Virus record (IMG/VR): IMGVR_UViG_3300036798_000156
Location: 1-47,723 of that record
Origin: a virus
Lineage: Duplodnaviria > Caudoviricetes
Reading direction: 5' to 3' (one strand)
DNA: 47,723 nucleotides
The notes beneath the pieces were generated by a model that was given only the letters and a program-made list of their open reading frames with translations, did not search any database and was not told where the DNA came from. The stretch's first letter is position 1. Every line of letters begins with the position of its first letter. A program made the translations under genes and the position numbers. Below are positions 26,444 through 34,960 of this stretch, one piece after another.

Positions 26444-28764
26444 GAAAATTTATATCAATATTAGCGAGTTTATGCCTGGTGGCTAATATCTACGCTGACG
26501 TTACCCAATCAGTTCCTTGGGAGTTCTTGGCTGGATCGAGCCTTAAAATGGACAGTGGTGTCACAACCACTTTTTCAGCAGGATCAACTGTAAACGCCAC
26601 AGGAGCAACCTTAATAGGATTTCCTGGGGGTGGCAACGTTTCCAATTCAGGAACACCTACTGCCGGACAATTAGCCGCATGGGTGGATTCCACGCACATT
26701 CAAGGCATAACGGCTAACGGCGCAGCGGTAGGACTAGGAAGTGTCACCAACGACGCGCAGACCAAGTCTGCAATTATGCCGAACACGGCCCCTGCGGCAG
26801 GACAGTTTCCCGTTGGAAACGCCGGCGGAACAGCCTACGCTCCAGTTACATTAAGTGGATCAGGTGTTACGGCAACAATGTCCAGCGCGGGAGTGTTGAC
26901 CCTTAGCGCAATACCGAACTCTACACTTTCAAATTCATCGATGACGATTGCTGGAACGGCCACGTCATTGGGCGGCTCGATTTCACTTGATACAATTATC
27001 GGCGTGTCATCCAATGGATACTTGAAGCGCACCGCAGCCAATACACTTACAAATGTTGCTTCCATCCCTAATGCCGACCTTGCCAATTCTGGAATCACTA
27101 TTGCGGGAACATCTACTTCGCTAGGTGGATCAATTTCTCTTGATACAATTACGGGTGTATCTTCCAACGGATTCCTCAAAAGAACTGGAGCCAACACTCT
27201 TACTAATGATACCTCCACCTACATAACATCTGTTCCCGTAGGGGCGACGATTTATGTTGATGCTATCAATGGAACATCTGGAGGAGCCAGGGGTAATGCC
27301 AGTAAACCTTTTGATACAATCTCTCATGCCATAGCCGTTGCCGTATCTGGTGATATTATCGAGGTAGGCCCGGGGACATTTGTAGAGAACTCTGGCATAG
27401 TCCTTCCTAACGGAGTAAGTTTAAACGGTCAAGGTAAGTTCGTTACGATTATTACTTCAACACTAGCCGGGCCGCCCGAACCTGATATATTAGTGCCTGG
27501 AAATAATTCCGTCATATCAAATCTTAGCGTCCATGCCTCAGGCGCTGGAACAGGTTGCATAGGCAGTGCAGTTGATGCCTCTCAGCCGAATTTTACCGGA
27601 GCGATATTGGTAAACGTTGAGGCATTTGCCCCGGCGGATTGTATTTACATTAAAAGCCAGGCCGCAACTTTAAGTGCCTACCACTGTAATTTCTCAACAA
27701 ATCAGGATTGCGTGACGCTTATTGGCACAACCAGTCCCACGGTCACTCTGTATGATTGCACCATTAGCACAGATGGATCAGGAGGTTTGTCAAGGGGTAT
27801 AGTTAACACCTCTACCACTTCTACCGTATATGTTTATGGTGGAAGCATTACTACCAACAAGGGAACAGCAACCCTGAGTGATGCGATTGTAAGTAGCGCC
27901 ACGGCATACCTTTTTAACGTTGTCCTTATTCCCACGAACGCAACTACTGACATAGTGCAGACAGGGGGCACTCTAGGAACTCTAAATGTAGCAAAGCTAG
28001 ACGGAACCGCTCCAACTACATCAGGAACGATTACACTGTTATCCCGCGCTGCGGTCAGAGACAATAACCTTTCAGACCTGACTAACGTTTCTACTGCCAG
28101 AACCAATCTTGCAATTGGCGCCAACCCTACTGGCACCATCGGACTGGCTGCGGTTAACGGAGCAGCAAATACCATGATCCGCAGCGATGGGGCGCCTCCC
28201 TTAAGTCAGGCGATTGCTCCTACCTGGACAGGATTGCATGTTTTTCACCAGGGCATAGATAATAATGGAGCATCTATTACTGCCACTACCGCCGCCATCA
28301 ATACTACGGAAACAGTATTAGTTAAGACACCTGCCTTGACTGCCTCTAGGCTTGTGGCCGGCACAGTATTCCGCGTTACACTTATAGGGACATGCACCAG
28401 CAGTGTAGCAAATGCCTCAACATTTGCGGTGCGTTACGGGACTAATGGAACTACGGGAGATGCACTTCTCGCCACGTTTACCACGCCCACGGCAGGAACA
28501 CTTGCAACAAATGTCCCATTTCGTGCCGTTATTGAAATTACGATCTTAACGACAGGTGCCTCAGCTACGTCTTACGGAGCCATTCAAATAACGACGCAAA
28601 CAGGTGGAATAATAGGCGCCGTTACGGCCGCTACAGGAATTCCTACCATGACGGCAATAAATACTACCACGGCGAATGCAATACTGTCTGTCACATACAA
28701 GTCTGCCGCCACAACCACAACCAGCACGTTTCAGGAAGCATTCACTGAATTCGCATACAAATAA
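26440..28764 (+). CDS. spike/adhesin with a pectin-lyase-like beta-helix and an N-terminal signal peptide
   Basis: IYVD..NG......G..SKPF.TI..AI..A..GD.I.VGPGTF; MRKFISILASLCLVANIYA. Confidence 0.7.
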   Translation: MRKFISILASLCLVANIYADVTQSVPWEFLAGSSLKMDSGVTTTFSAGSTVNATGATLIGFPGGGNVSNSGTPTAGQLAAWVDSTHIQGITANGAAVGLGSVTNDAQTKSAIMPNTAPAAGQFPVGNAGGTAYAPVTLSGSGVTATMSSAGVLTLSAIPNSTLSNSSMTIAGTATSLGGSISLDTIIGVSSNGYLKRTAANTLTNVASIPNADLANSGITIAGTSTSLGGSISLDTITGVSSNGFLKRTGANTLTNDTSTYITSVPVGATIYVDAINGTSGGARGNASKPFDTISHAIAVAVSGDIIEVGPGTFVENSGIVLPNGVSLNGQGKFVTIITSTLAGPPEPDILVPGNNSVISNLSVHASGAGTGCIGSAVDASQPNFTGAILVNVEAFAPADCIYIKSQAATLSAYHCNFSTNQDCVTLIGTTSPTVTLYDCTISTDGSGGLSRGIVNTSTTSTVYVYGGSITTNKGTATLSDAIVSSATAYLFNVVLIPTNATTDIVQTGGTLGTLNVAKLDGTAPTTSGTITLLSRAAVRDNNLSDLTNVSTARTNLAIGANPTGTIGLAAVNGAANTMIRSDGAPPLSQAIAPTWTGLHVFHQGIDNNGASITATTAAINTTETVLVKTPALTASRLVAGTVFRVTLIGTCTSSVANASTFAVRYGTNGTTGDALLATFTTPTAGTLATNVPFRAVIEITILTTGASATSYGAIQITTQTGGIIGAVTAATGIPTMTAINTTTANAILSVTYKSAATTTTSTFQEAFTEFAYK
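26908..27207 (+). repeat. tandem 51-aa (153-nt) repeat, two copies
   Basis: IPN..L.NS..TIAGT.TSLGGSISLDTI.GVSSNG.LKRT.ANTLTN. Confidence 0.85.
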
Positions 28765-28765
28765 T

Positions 28766-29092
28766 ATGAACGGAGACTTACCTAAAAATGGAAGATGGAG
28801 AAGTAACCCTGCCTTCTGGACATTTCTTCTTGTCTTGATCAGTGCCTTCATAAACATACTTATGCTCACCGCATCTCTTTACGTGCAGGTCGGATATGTG
28901 CCTAGGTCAGAATTTAATGCCTTCAAGGACAAACTGGAGTCCTCCGAAAAGGAAGTAGGCAAGGAAACCAATAACCAGTTAAGGGACATCGCAAAGCAGT
29001 TACAGGTCATTGCAGATCAGGCCCCATTCAAGCAACAAGAGGAAGATCGACAAAACGAAAGGATTGCAGCTTTGGAAAATAGGAAACATTAA
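28766..29092 (+). CDS. single-TM coiled-coil membrane protein (holin-like)
   Basis: TM segment followed by a coiled coil ending RIAALE. Confidence 0.55.
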   Translation: MNGDLPKNGRWRSNPAFWTFLLVLISAFINILMLTASLYVQVGYVPRSEFNAFKDKLESSEKEVGKETNNQLRDIAKQLQVIADQAPFKQQEEDRQNERIAALENRKH

Positions 29093-29093
29093 A

Positions 29094-29585
29094 ATGGATA
29101 CCCAGCATACAAGAGAAATCGTGGAAGCATTGGATACAAGGACTGCAATTATTTTGTGGTCATACGTCTGTGGCTCCCTTTTAACCATGCTGGCTTTTTC
29201 AGTCCTTACGTTCTTCTTTATCAAGGAAGTCAATGTAATAAATTCGGGCCACGCCGCTATTCTAACTGCCGTCGCAGTTGTTAATGAAAAAAGTTCTAAA
29301 AACGAGACTGACATTAAGGAGGAGAGGGCGAGCATGTTGAAATACATAGCCCAGAGCCTTGATTACCTGGAGAGTCAAAATAAGAAGATAGGACTCAAAG
29401 TCCCAAAGCCCATACCCCCTCCATCACTTGGTGTAATTACTCCGAACTCCAAGTTAGATCGACCAGAATACCTACCCCCAGCCCAAGCCCATGGTAGGAC
29501 AAAAACCATTACGAAAAGAATCTATATACCTCGGAAGGAACCAGATAAGAAGCCCTGGTATGACTTCTTCAAGACCACCCGTTGA
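29094..29585 (+). CDS. single-TM membrane protein
   Basis: hydrophobic segment near the N-terminus. Confidence 0.55.
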   Translation: MDTQHTREIVEALDTRTAIILWSYVCGSLLTMLAFSVLTFFFIKEVNVINSGHAAILTAVAVVNEKSSKNETDIKEERASMLKYIAQSLDYLESQNKKIGLKVPKPIPPPSLGVITPNSKLDRPEYLPPAQAHGRTKTITKRIYIPRKEPDKKPWYDFFKTTR

Positions 29586-29590
29586 CAAAT

Positions 29591-29618
29591 TTGACTTACC
29601 CCTCACATATTTTATACT
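29591..29618 (+). promoter_or_regulatory. promoter TTGACT-N16-TATACT
   Basis: near-consensus; ATG at 29632. Confidence 0.7.
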
Positions 29619-29631
29619 CCAACTTAACAAA

Positions 29632-30162
29632 ATGCGTAAATTAATTGCCCTCCTATTCCTGATTCCTGTCCTGGCATTTGGACTCCAGCCAGTCGAGCCA
29701 CAATATCAGAGCAGGGTCAATGTCAACTTCTATGCTACGAATGTCGCCGCTGGAGCCACAGGCGTTGAGACGGCAATCACCCTTACACGAACGCAGAATT
29801 TCCTGGCAACTACTACTGGTTCAAGTTTTGTTCTCACCGCCGGCAAGAGACTTCGAATCACATCCATCACTTTCGCAACTCTAGGCAACGCCACGGCCAC
29901 AGCACAGACCACTACATTTAGTGTTCGCGTGAATACGGCCGGAGCAGTCACGACCGGATCGACGCCTATTATCTACCAAGTTGTCAGTGCTACACCTGCT
30001 GTTGCAGGTGCGTGGGATCGATACCAAATTCCAGTTGAAGACGGATGGGAATTAATTGGAGACGGAACAGTTCAATTTGGCATCACCGCCAATTCAGTAT
30101 ATGTCACGAATGCCCCAGCGTGGTATGTAGAAATTACGGGGTTCGAATACCAAACACCATGA
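29632..30162 (+). CDS. beta-rich protein with a signal peptide
   Basis: MRKLIALLFLIPVLAFG. Confidence 0.65.
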   Translation: MRKLIALLFLIPVLAFGLQPVEPQYQSRVNVNFYATNVAAGATGVETAITLTRTQNFLATTTGSSFVLTAGKRLRITSITFATLGNATATAQTTTFSVRVNTAGAVTTGSTPIIYQVVSATPAVAGAWDRYQIPVEDGWELIGDGTVQFGITANSVYVTNAPAWYVEITGFEYQTP

Positions 30163-30575
30163 TCAAATTAATAATCGCCCCCGTTCTGGCCGTAGCACTA
30201 TTACTAAGTGGATGCGCCACAGTCGGACAATTCACCAACACTGAAGTTATTACGGCTGTAGCAGTCGCAACTTCCGTAGGCTTAAAACAGGTTCCCGCTG
30301 CTCATAAAGCTGCGGTGATTTCAATCCTGAACATCGTTGCAACTGACCTTGGGACGTTAACAAGTAATCCCACGCCGCAGCAATTGGGCGATCTATTGAC
30401 CAACTCGATTCCTGCTGACATACGGGCGCAATACTCCGAGGCCATTACATTTGTAGTTCCCCTTGTGGTTGCGAATTACCAGATTGCTTACGATAAGTAT
30501 GCAACCAACCAAACCAAACTCATCCAAGTTTTAAACGATATCGCAACCGGAATCCGGTCGGGTATCATTCAGTAA
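30159..30575 (+). CDS. lipoprotein
   Basis: lipobox LSGC after a hydrophobic leader. Confidence 0.75.
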   Translation: MIKLIIAPVLAVALLLSGCATVGQFTNTEVITAVAVATSVGLKQVPAAHKAAVISILNIVATDLGTLTSNPTPQQLGDLLTNSIPADIRAQYSEAITFVVPLVVANYQIAYDKYATNQTKLIQVLNDIATGIRSGIIQ

Positions 30576-30597
30576 GTAAACAAAGGAAAAACATAAC

Positions 30598-31032
30598 ATG
30601 CTCAAGCAAAGAAACTTGAAATACGGAAATAGAGTGTTCGTTGTGTCATATGCCGATATCACCCCTCTTGGAGCGACATTGACAGGTGCCATTAACCTAC
30701 CCCTTATCCTTCCGGCTGGCGCAGTCGTAGACCTGGTTCTCCAGGTACCAACGGTTCAATTTGCGGCTCCTTCACTTTCGGCCTTATCAAGCCGAGTGAT
30801 CAGCGCCCAGCATAACTATGGAACTGCCTTCAACATCTTCCAGGCCCCTGGCCCAGAAGTTTTTGATGCAGACCAGGTTAGATTCAGGGAAAAGCTAGGC
30901 AGCACCACTCAGATGCAAGTCACATTTGTAGCTGTTGGGGCTAACCTCGGCACTTTGACTGCTGGCGAACTACAGATTGTGATCAATTACAGTGGATCAA
31001 ACGTTGTAGCCGCGGGTGGACAATTCCTGTAA
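30598..31032 (+). CDS. probable virion structural (decoration-like) protein
   Basis: LPAGAVV ... LTAG.L.I.I.Y beta-sandwich pattern. Confidence 0.5.
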   Translation: MLKQRNLKYGNRVFVVSYADITPLGATLTGAINLPLILPAGAVVDLVLQVPTVQFAAPSLSALSSRVISAQHNYGTAFNIFQAPGPEVFDADQVRFREKLGSTTQMQVTFVAVGANLGTLTAGELQIVINYSGSNVVAAGGQFL

Positions 31033-31045
31033 TAGAAGGACGACA

Positions 31046-31426
31046 ATGGGCAATATTCTCAATTCGGATTTTGTTCAATGGATGGTGCGGTTCGCATTCT
31101 CTAAATCCGGCGTAGCTATCCGATGGATTATAGGTTATTTCATGGGATGGCTCGCCGCGAAGAATATTGTTCCGAGCGGAGACGTAGCTCAAATATCAGT
31201 AAGTTTAACCAGTGGCCTTACCGCCCTGGTGGCAATTCTATATGCCGGCCTACAGTATTGGCTGAATAAAAGACAGTCCAATGCTATCAAGGTCGTGCAG
31301 ACCCTCGCCGGGCATCCAGCCGACGGAATCGTAGGGAATGGTACCATTCAGGCAGTGGCAAAAGCAACTGGACAAAATCCAAATGAAGCCATTGCTATTG
31401 TTACTAATACTAGTCCTATTGTGTAA
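31046..31426 (+). CDS. holin-like 2-TM protein with a C-terminal peptidoglycan-binding-like motif
   Basis: two hydrophobic helices; VQ..AG..ADGIVG.GT..A. Confidence 0.55.
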   Translation: MGNILNSDFVQWMVRFAFSKSGVAIRWIIGYFMGWLAAKNIVPSGDVAQISVSLTSGLTALVAILYAGLQYWLNKRQSNAIKVVQTLAGHPADGIVGNGTIQAVAKATGQNPNEAIAIVTNTSPIV

Positions 31427-31562
31427 TTGCACTACAACCAAGACAGTTGTGGTTGAAACAAGGGCGCAGGCGGATTACAAAGCCGCTATCAAAACCCAAT
31501 CCGAGCTTTCCACAGATTCTACGTGGCAAATGTTCATGAATTCTTTAAGACATGAAAATTGA
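31383..31562 (+). CDS. small lipoprotein (spanin-like)
   Basis: MKPLLLLLILVLLCNC; overlaps the upstream membrane gene. Confidence 0.5.
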   Translation: MKPLLLLLILVLLCNCTTTKTVVVETRAQADYKAAIKTQSELSTDSTWQMFMNSLRHEN

Positions 31563-32055
31563 AACTATTGCTACACTTTCAGGCGAGGGGTATGATTCTA
31601 GGATCGACAAAACTACCACAGACCTGGGGGATGAATTGATAGAGTTTCCAGCCGACATGGACATCGACGGGGACGGAAGTGATGGCAACCCAGATAATGA
31701 CCCTGATTTTCAAAATGAAACCTCGCTCAAACATTCAGACGGAACGTCTCTCAACTCTTCAGAGGAAGCTTTTATTGTTGTTCCTCCTGTTATCCCTCTT
31801 CGCACTAATCAGAAAGTTCTCGGAAGCCTTGCTTTCGTTGAAAATACGGTTAATCATCTTATCGCATTCGCTGTCGTCGGCGATATAGGCCCCACCCGTA
31901 AGGATGGAGAGGGCAGTAAGAGACTTGCCGAGCTTCTTATGATTCCCTCCAATGCTAGAAATGGTGGGGTGGATAAACCTGTAATCAGATATACAATTTT
32001 CGTTGGCGTTCCCGCAGTTGTGGGAGGTCGTCAATATCAACTCAAATCTTATTAA
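31552..32055 (+). CDS. GH75 chitosanase-like glycoside hydrolase, candidate endolysin
   Basis: ADMDIDGDG, FQ.ETS, LN....FIVVP, LG..A.V, AVVGD.GP....GEGS..LA..L. Confidence 0.75.
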   Translation: MKIETIATLSGEGYDSRIDKTTTDLGDELIEFPADMDIDGDGSDGNPDNDPDFQNETSLKHSDGTSLNSSEEAFIVVPPVIPLRTNQKVLGSLAFVENTVNHLIAFAVVGDIGPTRKDGEGSKRLAELLMIPSNARNGGVDKPVIRYTIFVGVPAVVGGRQYQLKSY

Positions 32056-32057
32056 TT

Positions 32058-32465
32058 ATGGCTTGTTTCCAACCTCCTTTTAATGGCGCAGAACCATCCC
32101 TTACGGATGGTTGCGGATTTTGTGGTCCCGCTTCTCCCCCATTAGTTCCCACACCTGTTACACAAAGCGGTAGCGTTACGTTACAACAAGCCCAAGACCG
32201 CGTTACAATTGTTTTACCTACGCCTCTAACTCTTGGACATGCTTACGAAATTCAAGTATGGACGGAGAACCTTAAAACAGGTGATCCTGATCAGCAGATT
32301 TACCCCACAGTTTTGGTTTCGAGAAATAACAACGGCGTGAACGAGATTGGGTTTACCTACCTCCTAAACTCCCCTCCAACTACTGGCCCTGGCACATTTG
32401 GGCCAAATGGAGTTTCCCTGAATTCCTACACCCTATTCCAGTGGAGCATAACCTACACCCCGTGA
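32058..32465 (+). CDS. structural-region protein
   Basis: beta-rich, in the tail region. Confidence 0.55.
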   Translation: MACFQPPFNGAEPSLTDGCGFCGPASPPLVPTPVTQSGSVTLQQAQDRVTIVLPTPLTLGHAYEIQVWTENLKTGDPDQQIYPTVLVSRNNNGVNEIGFTYLLNSPPTTGPGTFGPNGVSLNSYTLFQWSITYTP

Positions 32466-34636
32466 AACGATTTCTAACTCTCATATCTCTGTTACTGGCC
32501 TCTACGGCGCTGGCAATTGATACTCCCATTACTAATGGAGTTCTTCAAACTAATCTGAACGCTAATGGTTTTCAGGTTACTAACCTTAATGTAACCAACC
32601 TTCCGCTTCAGCCTCTAAATAATAACCTGACCGTTATTTCGAATGGAACAGGAGTCTCAACTGCGGCAGTTAATTTCCTGGCCCAACCAGACGTTCCATC
32701 GATGGTCGCGTTTTTGGGACTGACCAATACCGGAACATTTGTCCAAAACACGCCTCTAATAGCAAGCAAATTCTTTACGGCATTCAATAGTGGAACAGGA
32801 GCCTTCACGCAATCCTTCGTTAACTGGTCGGACATACAAGGCGCTCCAACGTTAGCTAACAACACTCCGCCAGTAAGTAATCAGGTCATCACTGGATATA
32901 ATTCCTCCACTGGCGTATTCACGCAAGCCCAGCAATCATTTTCCAACCTTTCGGGATCGGCTACGGCCGGACAACTTCCTGCTCTAAATAATATCACTAT
33001 ACCAAATGGTGATTTGAGTTTGAACAACCATAAGATCACAGGTCTTGCAACTCCAGTTAATGCTGCCGATGGTGCTAGAAAAGATTACGTGGATACATCA
33101 GTTTCGGCAGGTATTCCTCCCCCTCACCAAGCAGTCGCCGCTGCCACGACAGCAAACATTACCCTTTCCGGAGAGCAAACAATCGATGGAGTTACTACCT
33201 CTGCAAGCCGAGTCCTGGTCAAGAATGAAACCACCGCCTCTACAAACGGACTTTATGTTTCTGCCGCAGGAGCATGGACAAGGGCAACCGATTCCACTAC
33301 AAGTGGACAATTTCCTGGCGGGATTTTTGTATCAGCGGGAACAGTAAATGCCAATACTGGATGGGCGATTTCCAATGCCCAGCCCATTAATGTTGGAGTT
33401 GATAGCTTAACTTACGTTCAGATTTCCTCTGTCCCGCCTTCTCACAATCCGGTTACTTTCAGTGGACAAAATTATCTAACGCTAGACCAGCCTAACCAAA
33501 TTCTTACCGCCAATGCGGTAGACCTTTCAGGAACAAATGCCACAGGTATTTTAGCTGCTGCAAGATTTCCTGCGTTGTCAGGACAGGTCACGACCGTGGC
33601 AGGAAGCTTAACCTCCTCAATAGCTGCCAACACAGTTTCGAACGCCAACCTGGCCCAGGTGCCTGGCAATTCAATTAAGGGCAATAAAACAAGTAGCACC
33701 GCCAATGCCACAGACCTGACTGTCACAGATACCAGAACACTTCTATCAATCAGCAACGTAGAAAACACCGCCCTATCTACATGGCCCGGTAGCGCCAACA
33801 TAACAACACTTGGATCAGTTACAACCGGCACCTGGAATGGCACTACCGTTTCAATTGCCAAGGGAGGAACGGGTGGCACGACTGCTGGAACAGCATTAGG
33901 AAACCTTCTGCCTGCTGGATCGGCTGGACAATCTTTGGTTTATCTTACTTCTAGCACACAGGCCTTCAAATCTACTTATCGCAAGGTCAATGTTGTGGTT
34001 CTTACTACTACAGGAACATATACCCCCTCAACTGGCACGACTGAAATATTTGTTCAAGCTGTAGGCGGAGGCGGAGGTAGTGCCGGCGCTAAGGCAGCTT
34101 CTGTTCAGACATCAGTTGGTTCTGGAGGTGGCGGAGCGGGTTATGCGGCCAAATGGATAACAGGAGTTTCTGGAACATATGCTTACGTAATCGGAGCCGG
34201 GGGACTAGCCGGAATTGCCAATAATGGCCCCGGCGGAAATGGAGGTAATACTACATTTACTGCTGTATTAAGCGCAGGAGGCGGAGGTGGCGGAACCAAT
34301 AATGGATCGGGTACCAATTTAGCACAAAATGGTTTCGGAGGCACGGCCGGCATAGGAATCACAGGAGATATTAAAATAGGAGGAAGTGATGGCACGCCTT
34401 CTCTTAGATTGTCATCCTCTCAAGGGGTGACAGGTAATGGAGGAAGTTCTCAACTCGGAGGAGGTGGTGTTACTACTACGGCAGGTGGAAGTACCGATTC
34501 TAATGGTAATAATGGATATAATTATGGCGGAGGGGCCGGAGGGGCAGCTTCGTTTGACGCGACAGGACAGGTTGGAGGGACGGGTGCGCCAGGTGTTATT
34601 ATTATCACCGAATATATTGCCACCACCGCACCATAA
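32462..34636 (+). CDS. tail fibre with a glycine-rich C-terminal domain and an N-terminal signal peptide
   Basis: KITGLA.P....D.A.K.YVD; LSG.QTIDGV....RVLVKN; GTYTP..G......AVGGGG...G.PG.III.EY; GTG start overlaps the previous TGA. Confidence 0.8.
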   Translation: MKRFLTLISLLLASTALAIDTPITNGVLQTNLNANGFQVTNLNVTNLPLQPLNNNLTVISNGTGVSTAAVNFLAQPDVPSMVAFLGLTNTGTFVQNTPLIASKFFTAFNSGTGAFTQSFVNWSDIQGAPTLANNTPPVSNQVITGYNSSTGVFTQAQQSFSNLSGSATAGQLPALNNITIPNGDLSLNNHKITGLATPVNAADGARKDYVDTSVSAGIPPPHQAVAAATTANITLSGEQTIDGVTTSASRVLVKNETTASTNGLYVSAAGAWTRATDSTTSGQFPGGIFVSAGTVNANTGWAISNAQPINVGVDSLTYVQISSVPPSHNPVTFSGQNYLTLDQPNQILTANAVDLSGTNATGILAAARFPALSGQVTTVAGSLTSSIAANTVSNANLAQVPGNSIKGNKTSSTANATDLTVTDTRTLLSISNVENTALSTWPGSANITTLGSVTTGTWNGTTVSIAKGGTGGTTAGTALGNLLPAGSAGQSLVYLTSSTQAFKSTYRKVNVVVLTTTGTYTPSTGTTEIFVQAVGGGGGSAGAKAASVQTSVGSGGGGAGYAAKWITGVSGTYAYVIGAGGLAGIANNGPGGNGGNTTFTAVLSAGGGGGGTNNGSGTNLAQNGFGGTAGIGITGDIKIGGSDGTPSLRLSSSQGVTGNGGSSQLGGGGVTTTAGGSTDSNGNNGYNYGGGAGGAASFDATGQVGGTGAPGVIIITEYIATTAP

Positions 34637-34639
34637 TGT

Positions 34640-34960
34640 ATGAACGATACAATAGACCTAGGGGATGATTTAGATGATCCTAGTGTTCCCCAACCTGAGT
34701 CACCGAATTCTTCTGAACCGTATTATCCAGAAGTCTCGTTAAGCCATCCTTCCTTAGTTGGATTTCCTAATACCGGAAAATCTGTTATCGAGCATAAAGT
34801 TGTTAGCAGAACCCACGAACTAGACGAAAAAGGACGCCCTCATCACCGAATCCGACTCAAGATAAAATCTATCCGGGCCATGGGGCGCAAGAAAAACTCT
34901 GGCGCTCACACTACGGCTGCCGAGAGTGCAATGAGGGGATTAATGGATGAGAGTCAGTGA
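34640..34960 (+). CDS. hypothetical protein
   Basis: operonic ORF. Confidence 0.6.
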   Translation: MNDTIDLGDDLDDPSVPQPESPNSSEPYYPEVSLSHPSLVGFPNTGKSVIEHKVVSRTHELDEKGRPHHRIRLKIKSIRAMGRKKNSGAHTTAAESAMRGLMDESQ

